Below, piece after piece: positions 48,181-58,739 of a stretch of DNA of 64,000 nt. Both the position numbers and the translations under genes were made by a program. Location of the stretch: contig NC_057755.1 of the NCBI RefSeq assembly GCF_004010195.1, positions 759,581 through 823,580 on the forward strand, given 5' to 3'. Each line of letters starts with the position of its first letter. Positions within the stretch are counted from its first letter, which is position 1. The stretch comes from Chiloscyllium plagiosum. Its lineage: Eukaryota. The notes beneath the pieces are model-generated. The model did not search any database. It saw only the letters and a list, made by a program, of their open reading frames with translations, and was not told where the DNA came from.

Positions 48181-51100
48181 TAATCCAAGATGGAGGACGG
48201 AAAACACGTCTGGCTGTTACAGGCTTTTCATTTTTTGAGATATTTCAGGTGTTGGAGCTGATTTCCTCAAATTCCAGGACCAGCAATAACTGTTTTGCAT
48301 GTTGTTGCATTGTTGTTGAACTTTGGGATAAAAAAATGTCAAAACAACTTTAAAATAGAGAGGAACAGGCAAAGGAAACACTTGGTGAGGTCAGTGTGGG
48401 AGAGAGACAGAGAAAGAAACCCACATTGCTAACTGCACAGCAGTGAAACTGCACAGTTACTGCCTTCGTTGTTTGAATTCATGTATCGCTGGTCATAGGA
48501 GTATATCTAGGAAAATTAACACACAGTGAAGTTCACAACTAATTGTGGAGGAACCTGTTTTGGAGAGGTCATACCACAGAGACATAAAAGTGAGGAGTTT
48601 TAAGTGTGGCCTTGGGGAGTCTGCAGTACTGACTACAGTGGATTCATTCTTCATTATATGTTTTATTAAGGTACACCTCTTGATTAAACTTAAAAACATA
48701 AGACGTAAGTATGAAGTTAGCCTGGAGGAGTTTTTTTTTAATCAAACAAGATTGAAGAAACAAAACTGGCCCTTAGTAGAGCTGTATGCTCCTCTTGTCT
48801 GATGTGCGAGTTCAGAGAGAGTTTTACGTGTTACTGGAGATTATATCTGCAATACATGCCTTTGGTTGCGAATCCTATCAGATCAAATGGAACAGTTGGA
48901 GTCACAGTTAGAGGCAATGAGAAACTCACAAGGGCAAGGGTGTGTGATGGATTGCAGTTATAGGAAGGGAGAAGAGTCACAGATACAGTCACATAGATGG
49001 ATTAACTCTAGGAAAGGTAAGAGAGATAGGAAGGCAGTGCAGGAGGCTTCTGTGGCTATCCCCGTTTCCAACAAGTATGCGCTCTTGGAAAATATAGGTA
49101 GTGATGATTTCTCAGGGGAAAGTAGCACAAACAACCAAGATTCTGGTATTGAGACCGGGTGCATCAGGTTCCAAGAAGTGTGTTAGGGGACTCTGTAGTC
49201 AGAGGCACAGGCAGGCGTTACTGTGGCTAGCAGCGAAAAATCAGAACGTTGTGTTGCTTCCCTGGTGCCAGGATCAAGGATGTCTCAAAGAGGATGCAGC
49301 ATGTTCTCAATGGGGAGACGGTCCAGCAGGATATCATTGTGCACATTGGAACCAATGACATTGGAAGGGAAAATGCTGAGATTCTGAAGGGATAATACAG
49401 AGATTTAGGCAGGAATTTAAAAAGGAAGTCGTCGTAATATTTAGCTTACTCCCAATACTCCGAGCTAGCGAGAGTAGAAATAGGAGAATAGAACAGATGA
49501 ATGCACGGCTGAGCAGTTGGTGTATGGGAGAAGGATTCACATTTTTGGATTATTGGAATTCCTTTTGGGGTAGAACTGACCTGTTCACGAAGGGCGGATT
49601 GCATCTAAACTGGAAGGGGACTAATATACTGGCAGGGAGATTTTCAAGAGCTGCTCAGGAGGAAATAAACTATTCAGGTCTGGGTGGGGTAGGACCCAGA
49701 GAGATAGTGAGGAAAGAGGTCAATCTGAGACTGGCACAGTTGAGAAAAGAAGCGATCCAAGCACTCAGAGCAGGCAGGGACAAAGCAGAGAAGAAGGTAG
49801 GACTAATATAATAAACTCCATTTATTTCAATGTAAGGAGACCAACAGGGAAGGCAGACGAAGTTAGGGCATGGTTAGGAACATGGGACTGGGATATGGTA
49901 GCAATTACAGAAACATGGCTTAGGGATGGTCACGACTGACAGCTAAGTTTCCATGGCACAAATGCTACAGGAAGGACAGACGGGAGGCAAGAGAGGAGGA
50001 AGAGTGGCGTTGGAATAAGGGCTAGCATTGCAGCTGTACTGAGCGTGGATATTCCCGAAAATACATCCAGGGAAGTTATTTGGGAGGAACTGAGAAATTA
50101 GAAAGGGATGATCACCTTATTGGGATTGTATTGAAGAACCCTAATAGTCAGAGGTAAATTAAGAAACATATTTTTAAGGAGATCTCAATTATCTCAAAGA
50201 ATAACGGAGTGGTTGTGGTCGGGGACTTTAACTTTCCAAACATAGACTGAGACTGCCATTGTGTTAAGGGTTTAAATGGAAAGGAACTTGTTAAGCATGT
50301 GCAAGAAAAGTTTCTGATTCAGTCTGTGGATATACCTACTCGAGATGGTGCAAAGCTTGACCTACGCTTGGGAAATAAGGCAGGGCAGGTGACTGAGGTG
50401 TCAGTGGAGGAGTACTTTGTGGCCAGCGATCAGAATTCTCTTAGTTTTAAAATAGTGATGGAAAAAGATAGGCCAGATCTAAAAGTTGACGTTCTAAATT
50501 GGAGGAAAGCTAATTTTGACGGTATTCGGCAAGAACTTTCAAAGACTGATTGTGGGCAGATGTTTGCAGATAAAACGACGGCTGGAAAATGGGAAGCCTT
50601 CAGAAATCAGATCACGGGAGTCCAGCGAAAGTATATTTTTGTTAGGGTGAAAGGAAAGTCTGGTAGTTACAGGTAATACTGGATGACTAAACAAATTGAG
50701 GGTTTTGGTTAAGAAAAATACGAAGCATATGCCTAGTAGAGTCAACACAAATCGAGCGACCCCTCAGAAAAGTATAAATGCAGTAAGTGTACATTTCAGA
50801 GAGAAATCAGGAGGGAAAAAAGGGGACATGAGACTGCTTTGGGAAATAGATTTACGGAGAATCCAAGGTGTTTTTACAAATACATTGACGACAAAAGGGC
50901 AACTAGGGAGGAAATAGTGCACCTCAGCGTCAGTAAGGCGGCCATTCTGTAGAGCCGCAGGAGATGGGGAGATACTAAACAATGCTTGCTGTGAAAAAGG
51001 ACGTGGAAGGTATCAGATGTGGGGAAATAGATGGTGACATCTTGAAGAATGTCCATATTGCATGGGAGGAAGTGCTGGACGTCTTAAACGCATAAACGTG

Positions 51101-52273
51101 GATAAATCCCCCGAGCCTGGTCAGGTGTACCCTAGAACTCTATGAGATGCTAGGGAAGTGATTGCTGGGGCTCTTGCTGAGATATTTACATCATCACTAG
51201 TCATAGGTGAGGTGCCAGAAGACTGGAGGCGGGCTGACGTGATGACATGGTTTAAGGACGTTGGTAAGGACATTACAGGGAACTATAGCTCAGTGAGCCT
51301 TGCGTCAGTGGTGGGCAACTTGTTGGAGGGAATCCTAAGGGGCAGGATTCACTTGTTTTTGGAAATGCAAGGACTGATTAGGGATCGCTAACATGGAGTT
51401 GTGCGTGGGAAAACGTCTCAAAATTGATTGATTTTTTTGAAGAAGTGTCAAAGTGTAAATGAGGGCAGAGCAGTGTACGTGAACTATATGCACGTCAGTA
51501 AGGCATTTGACAAGGTTCCCCATGGGAGACTGGTAAGCAAGGTTAGATCTCATGAAATACAAGAAGAACTAGCCATTTGGATACAGAATTGGCTCAAAGG
51601 TAGAAAACAGAGGGTGGTGGTTCAATAACCTCATTGTGAGGATTGGAAATAAGGAATATTTGGTGAGGTTGTTTTTCAGATGGCAATCCTATGAAGTTCC
51701 ACAAATATCGCTGCTGGGTCCACTACTTTTCGTCATTAATATAAATGATTTGGATGCGAACTTACGAGGTATACTTAGGACGTTTGCAGATGATAAAAAA
51801 ATTGAATGTGCAGTGGTCAATGAAGAAGGCCACCTCAAATCACAACAAGATCTTGATGAGATGAGCCAATGGACTGAGGAGAGGCAGATGACATTTAATT
51901 TAATAATACTTATAGAGGTTTATAAAATCATGAGGTCGTTGGATAGTGTAAATAGACAAGATCTTTTCTCTGAGGTGGGGGAGTTCAGAACTAGAGGGCA
52001 TAGATTTAGGGTGAGAGAGGAAAGATATAAAAGAGACCTTCAGGACAACTTTGTCACTCAAACAGTGGTGCGTGTATGGAATGGGCTGCCAGGTGAAGTG
52101 GTGGAGACTAGTACAAGTGTAACATTTAAACAGCATCTGGGTGGGTATATGAATAGGAAAGGTTTGGAGGGATCTGTGCGGGGTGATGGCAAGTAGGAAT
52201 AGATTGGTTTGGGGTATCTGGTCGGCTTGAACGAGTTGGACGAGTTTCCATGCTGTACATCTCTATGACTCTA
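48180..52273 (+). mobile_element. Near-full-length decayed CR1 LINE (same family as copy A)
   Basis: 5'UTR; ORF1 with LRILSDQMEQLESQLEAMRN, GDSVVRG, HIGTND and GLHLNWKGTNILAGRF; APE with VAITETWL and VVGDFNFP; RT with VPEDWR, SKAFDKVPHGRL, LGPLLFVININDL and FADDK; a deletion near 51900; tail ctctatgactcta. Confidence 0.94.
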
Positions 52274-52314
52274 ATAGCGATTATTTCCAGCCTTAGTCAG
52301 TGTTGAGCAAGGAG

Positions 52315-52478
52315 TTCAAAATCACACAACATCAGGTTATATTCCAACAGATAACCACTTGATGAAGGAGCGGCCCTCCGAATGCTAGTGCTTCCAATTA
52401 AACCTGCTGGACTTTAATCTAGTGTTGTATGTTTTTCATCTTTGTACACCCTAGTCCAACAATGTCATCTCCAAATCT
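52315..52478 (+). mobile_element. Short Penelope-derived element with inverted arms around a hammerhead-like motif (distinct family; related remnant at ~61045-61090)
   Basis: Arms cacacaacatcaggttatattccaacag / ctgctggactttaatctagtgttgtatg. The core cac-ttgatga-a-ggag-cggcc-ctcc-gaatgcta-gtg is at 52356-52390. Confidence 0.72.
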
Positions 52479-52894
52479 TGAGCAAGGAGCCTTGCCTTCA
52501 GATGAGCTACCAACAAATGGCCTCATCCCTTCAAATTCCCAGAAGTCAACATTGAGTCTTTCTCTCACTCTGTTCATTGACACAATTATTTGCCTCCCTG
52601 TTGTATTGCCTTCCAGTATCACTTCTCTCCACCTCACCAAATATTCCTTAATCTCAATCCTTACTGTGAGGTCATTGAACCTAACACAAATTCCCAATCC
52701 TCATACTTTCCCTTTCCCATTTGCCTCGGATTTTACAACTGCAATAGTGTGGACTGACATAATGCCCATCTACTTTTGTTGTCCTCACATGAGAGGGGAT
52801 GAATGGACATCTGTTGTTCCCATCTGCCATCTCAAAATGAGTTAAATTGTCTCCTCAAATTCCTCTGTTACAGTTTCAAGAGGGTCTTTGTTTT

Positions 52895-53205
52895 TCTTCA
52901 TTCAGCGTCTGAGGGCGTCGCTGGCTAGCACCATCATTTATAGCCCATCCCTAATTGCCTAGGGGGCAGGTAAGTGTAAAGCACATTGTTGTGGGTCTGG
53001 AGTCGGATGTAGTACTGACCGGGTAAGTATGGCTGTTTCCCTCTCTGAAGGGTATGAGTGAACCAACAATCGGTCATCATTAGCCTCTTTAATTCTAGAC
53101 TTTTATTGAGTTCAAATACCGCCATCTGCTGTGTCCGAGTCCCCATAAAATTATTTGAGTCTCTGGTTTGACAGTCCAGTGATAATTTAACCAGGCCATC
53201 GTCTC
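52895..53205 (-). mobile_element. Deu-domain (SacSINE1/AmnSINE-like) SINE; further copies at ~61545-61685 (+) and ~63320-63525 (+)
   Basis: Shared blocks gtgactcc(a/g)gacccaca(g/a)caa.gtg, ggaaac.g(c/t)c.t.cttacc.ggt and tail gggc.ataaatg. The head has a tRNA-like gttcaaa box. Confidence 0.65.
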
Positions 53206-53469
53206 AAGCTCCTGAGTGGCCTCCTTCGGTCTAATAGGCTGGAGGATGGGCTAAACAAAACCAAAATAACTGCGGACACTGTAAATCTGAAACAAAAAGA
53301 GAAATTGCTATTCATACCCGCAATTTATTATCTGCATAATATGCTCCCTCATCCCAGTTTGTCATCCTGACGACCCAGGCCATTGCATGAGCCAAACCTC
53401 TCACTATGGACTACATCGGACTGCTCCCACACCGGTAATGATCCCCTTCAACTTCTTCCGTCAGAGAGA

Positions 53470-56400
53470 AGGTGCAGAAGTCTGACACGCACACACCAGC
53501 AGGTTCAAAAACAGCTTCCGCCGAGCTGTTATTAGACGACTGGATGTGCTCGCTTGACTCAACTAATGCTGATCTTTCTAACACTGATCGATCTTGTACA
53601 CCCTGTGAAATGTGATCTGCATGCCTCTGTTTAAATCATTTGTTCTGCACCTCCTTATTTCGTGTGATCTGCCTGTTCTGCTCATAAACAACACTTTTCA
53701 CAGTATTTCTGCACATGTGACAGTAAATCAATTAAATCGAATCAAATCAAACTCATTCATGCCGATCAGATATCATACATTCTCCCATTTGTCTCATATC
53801 TCTCGAAACTCTTCTAATTCTTATACCCTCAGAGACTTCACAAAGAGAACGTGAACAATACACCAGAAATGATGGGAAGCAGAGGAGATAGAACTTTAAC
53901 TGACTTTTCGTTGTTTGTATTCTTTTATTAAAATGTGGTTTGAGATGTGGTTTGTGAACTGTTTGCTGAGAATAACTCTCAGCCTTTGAGATAACTTGTG
54001 GTAAAAGGACCAGACCATACAATCTTTGTTTGTTTGTGAAGCCAGGCCATGGGGCTAATTGTCAGATGAGTCTTACTTAAAAGGGTTTCTACTGATATAG
54101 CGACCACCGGGAAGAACATCCTGAGCATCAGCAAATCGCTTTATGCCAGTCTATATGGCATGAATGGCACAGACAGCGCAGCTTCCCAGTTGTTTTTGTC
54201 CTCTACTACGGAGGTCTTAGACGACAGCAGACGGGAGAGTCTGCACCAGCAGTTACCTCTGGAGGAGCTGCCCAACGCCGTCAAGTCCTTAGAAAAGAGT
54301 GCAATTTCCAGAACTGCTTGCCTACCACCTCAGTTGTTTTTACTTTGTGGCACTTAATTAACCTGGACCTGCTGGAAGTGGACAACAGTGTGCTTCAAAC
54401 AAGTAGCATTTGTTACTCCAACAAGAAAGTTACCATCCCGCTCATCTACAGTTAGAAGGAGGACAGGGAGGCGTGACAACCAATTTCACTGCTAAATGCA
54501 GTTTACAGAATCCTGCCTGAGATCATCGCCAACTAGGTCAGATCTGCTGAGGGATCAGTGATTCACCCCGAGAAGAGCTGTGTTCTACTGTGCAAGATGA
54601 TCTCTGAAAGCCGAGCGCACCTCAGCAATAAAATTGCCTACGTGTGGGATAGTGAGTTTGGAAACATGCCTTATCAGCCTGGACCAGGAGAAGGCCTTTG
54701 ACAGGAAATTGCAAGCCAACAATTGTGATGTACTCTTCAAAACTGGCTTTGCGATGAGAGCTGCAAGTGGATTCGACTACACTGCACCAACAGCATTGCC
54801 TATCCACTGAGAACTTAATCCATTTTTGCCCTTTTATGCATCAGTTCCTTGTTGTTCTCTTTACTTAGATTCAGGGGTCTGAGTTTCAAATTCAATTTCT
54901 TCATTCGCCATCTTAATAAACAATTTGAGCATTATGTGGTCTTTCTTACCAAATACAATAAAATTGTTACATAATGCTGTCTCATTTTGTCCGTATTTTT
55001 TTTTTTGCAAAAATACATATGAAATTGCTGCATGCTTATACCTGTGCTCTTCTGTCAATCTAATGCGGCGATATGGAAAACATTAGCCCTCTCAATGTGC
55101 ATTGTGGCTTTAGGTTCTTGGGCGGTTGTGAACAGTTCAAAATATTGATGTATTCCTTCAGTCTGCTTCTGAACAAATACCTCATACATCATCATAAATA
55201 CAAAGTAGAAAACAACTAGGTTTCGACAATAAAAGTATCAATTAACCCAAATGCCACTGAGGATCTTCGAAAATAAAGAAGTGGCGGACTGGTAAGAACT
55301 CTGTCCTTAAATCTTTGAAGCACGGGAGGGAAGTATTTGATCTTGAAGACTAGGATTCAGAAGCACAACATCTTAAGAGATCCAGAATGTGATTCTGCTG
55401 CTTGTCTACTTCCCATTTCCAGCTTCATTTCCATCAAAACTGAGTTTACTCCCAAATTCCCAACTATCTGACAGGTCTGATTAAATATTACCCGACAACT
55501 GTCGCATGTCTCCCCATCTGGGTGTTCCACAATTCAATTAAAACAAACGAAACGCAATGTATTCAGATCGCTCCATCCTGAGAAACATTTCCAAACATCG
55601 AGACGTCGAAAGCCCTTCCTCCTGGACCCAAAGTTTCCAGCCACACGTTCTTCAGGCTAATGGGCACTCAGAGTCACCCAAGGACAAGCTTTTCAGTTTC
55701 TTGCCGGATTTGTTAATTTCTACTTTAAGAAATGTATTGTTTTATTTCTCCTGGTAATTATTGTCATGAGGTCAGGTAGCTGGACCGTATTGGAAGTGAA
55801 ATCCCTGATTGGGGCGGTTACTCAGTATCAATCAGGGATACCTGGCTGATTCTAAAGGGTGAATGTCAGGGATATTGAGATGCTGAATACCTGACTCAGT
55901 TAGATGTTACTGTCACAGGCTATGTATTTGTAAATAAGTTCTGATTAATGACATGATGCAAGACTCTGAACGTTTAATGCCCCATCAAACATAATTGGTG
56001 CCAATATAGACCAGGACCTCGCGCTCTTCACTTTTGACAGTCTCCCGGTCCCACTCCTGTACCAACTACAGTCCCGCCTTCCTCCAAAAAAGTGCTAACT
56101 TTGTTATGAAACGTGCTTAAGACTGATCAATGTTGAGGCAATATATCATTCTCAACTGTGTCATGTCAGGACAGATGCTTCTGAAGGAGTCACTCAGTAA
56201 TTTTACGTTTATCCACTGTGTCACTTGATGTTAAAACAGCATTCGCTTCGATGTATAGAAACGAAAAACGAAACAACAAAAAAGTGGGGATGGGTTGTCC
56301 ATGTGCATTTGAATGCAGCACCAATTGACCAGAATAATCGCTAGCGAACGAGGATTCAATGATGAACAATAAAAACGAGGATTCAATGATGAAAGGATCT

Positions 56401-57100
56401 GAGAGGAGTAAATGTTTCACAGAATAATGGCACGCGCTGATATTTAATGGATAGAAAAATGCCTTGTTACCTCTTAATTTAGGACAACAGAAAGCATCAA
56501 GAAATTTATTGAGGCCTGAAGTCTTTCCAAGGCTGAAGTGAAGGTAGCATGCCTCACATGTCTGTGCAATATGTTGCTCAGGCTATGACTTGATCACTCA
56601 CAGTGAACCTGCCCTTCCTCTTTCCAAAATTCCTATGACTTCCTTGTCTTACTGTCTCACCTGGCATTGTATTATTAGCAAGTCTAACACACGGTCTCAT
56701 CATGTCAGTCACTGGTAGAAATTATGAATACTGTGCCCCAAATAGTGATCCGCAAATACAAGCCTGAGAACATGAAAATGAAACTATGTTCCCATTCTCT
56801 GTTTTCTCTCCTTTCCCAGTCCTCAGAGAAGACACATGCCCCCATCACTACTGGAATTAGTGAAAATATTGACGACCACGCAAACATTTCAGGAAGTTAA
56901 CACTTCTGCACCTTTATGTGTTCATATCCTTCGTTGGTCTCACCGCTGCATCTCCCTTCCAACTATTCTATCACTTCATCGGTCAGCTATCTTCGGTTTC
57001 TTCAGTGCACATGTGAGTACACTGCAGGGAACAGAGAATGACCCTCATGTCTGCTACAGTGGAACTCCTGCCTGCCTCAGAGACAGCTCTGAAATGTTTC
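53470..57100 (-). repeat. Segmental duplication unit, copy 2 (inverted; includes a Rex 3' end and a Tx1 RT fragment at 54100-54810)
   Basis: Reverse-complement collinearity with 9390-13935. It contains only one copy of the 720-bp block. Confidence 0.9.
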
Positions 57101-57433
57101 CAGGACTTTCTCATTCCGCTAGGCAGATCTGTATTGATTGGAGCTTACATCAGCATCGACAATCAAACTCAGTTAGGACGAAAGTGAAGCTGGAAATATA
57201 AAATTTGTGAGGAACGACAAAGCAACAAAAGCCATTGCTGCCTCCATGAAATTGTTGTGCTTCAGAATCCTGGCCTTTAGTATCAATCACTTCCCTCACA
57301 TGTCCCACGGATTCAGGGGCAGAGTTCTTTCGGGAGAACTGCATTTTAATTTTGAGGAAAGCCACGATAAGGCATGCGTTTAGTGACACAGTTACTGTGG
57401 AACTCTCACCTTCATTATTTATTATTTGTGATG

Positions 57434-58234
57434 TTGTGGTTCTGTTCGCCGAGCTGGAAGTTTTTGTTGCAAACGTTTCGTTCCCTGATTTGGCGACATC
57501 ATCAGAGCTTGGGAGCCTCCTGCGAAGCGCTTCTTTGATGTTTCCTCCGGTGTTTATAGTGGTCTGTCCCTGCCGCTTCCGGTTGTCAGTTTCAGCTGTC
57601 CGCTGTAGTGGTTGGTATATTGGGTCCAGGTCGATGTGTTTGTTGATGGAGTTTGTGGATGAATGCCATGACTCTAGGAATTCCCTGGCTGTTCTCTGCC
57701 TGGCTTGCCCTATGATAGTAGTGTTGTCCCAGTCGAATTCATGTTGCTTGTTGTCTGCGTGTGTGGCTACTAAGGATAGCTGGTCGTGTCGTTTCGTGGC
57801 TAGTTGATGCAGACAAGCAACATGAATTCGACTGGGACAAAATTACTATCATAGGGCAAGCCAGACAGAACAGCCAGGGAATTCCTAGAGGCATGGCATT
57901 CATCCACAAACTCCATCAACAAACACATCGACCGGGACCCAATATACCAACCACTACAGCGGACAGCTGAAACTGACAACCGGAAATGGCAGGGACAGAC
58001 CACTATAAACACCGGAGGAAACAACAAAGAAGCGCTTCGAGCCTCCTGCGAAGCGGCAGGGACAGACCACTATAAACACCGGAGGAAACATCAAAGAAGC
58101 GCTTCGCAGGAGGCTCCCAAGCACTGATGATGTCTCCTAGCCAGGGGACGAAACGTTTGCAACAAAAACTTCCCGCTCGGCGAACAGAACCACAACAACG
58201 AGCACCCGAGCTACAAATCTTCGCACAAACTTTG
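57434..58234 (+). mobile_element. Penelope (Poseidon-like) 3' fragment with inverted 5' arm, GIY-YIG C-terminus and hammerhead motif
   Basis: HQLATKRHDQLSLVATHADNKQHEFDWD..IIGQARQRTAREFLEAWHSSTNSINKHIDLDPIYQPL on the - arm, repeated on the + arm. The arms are near-identical. A 13-bp TSD, attatttgtgatg, is at 57421-57433 and 58235-58247. Confidence 0.92.
58121..58160 (+). ncRNA. Minimal type I hammerhead ribozyme motif (Penelope-associated)
   Basis: gca-CTGATGA-t-GTCTCCT-agcc-AGGGGAC-GAAA-CG-TT-tgc: intact catalytic core, 7-bp stem II, stem I gca/tgc and palindromic ACGT stem III. Activity is not shown by sequence alone. Confidence 0.8.
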
Positions 58235-58408
58235 ATTATTTGTGATGATGTGTGAGGTATTTGGGCATACATACCACATTGAAGCGGTTATCTTATCATA
58301 TCTCACAGCATTGAGTTGACACAACAGCACAGATGTGAGCATGTAGCAATTTAATATACATTCTCCAAAAACTACTGAAACAATGCATTAGCATAATTTA
58401 ACAATATA

Positions 58409-58510
58409 CAGAAGAACTTCCATTATCCAGTATTCGATTATCCAAATTCTGACTAACTGGCAAGATATCAAGGTTCCAATGCTTAAGTAAACTATGTGAT
58501 ACAACATCTG
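58409..58510 (+). mobile_element. Possible Tc1/mariner-Tigger MITE end at a TA site
   Basis: ta|cagaagaacttccattatccagtattcgattatccaaa resembles Tigger-type termini. It lies between two copies of ~40 bp of host sequence (58368-58408, 58521-58562). Confidence 0.4.
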
Positions 58511-58739
58511 ACTTTCTCTGAAAAACTACGGACACAATGCAATAGCAAGATTTAACAATATATTTGTGTTGGGGAAGAGTGATCAAAAATGATCAAACTG
58601 TTTAATAAGATGGAGAATGAAGAAGTTTAGTCTGAAAATCGGGTTCTGTATCTGTGGAACATGTGAGGGATGTGATTGAAATATAATTGTGCAATGATGG
58701 ATTGAGGGACTTCACTAATGAGATGCTCAGTGAATAGAC

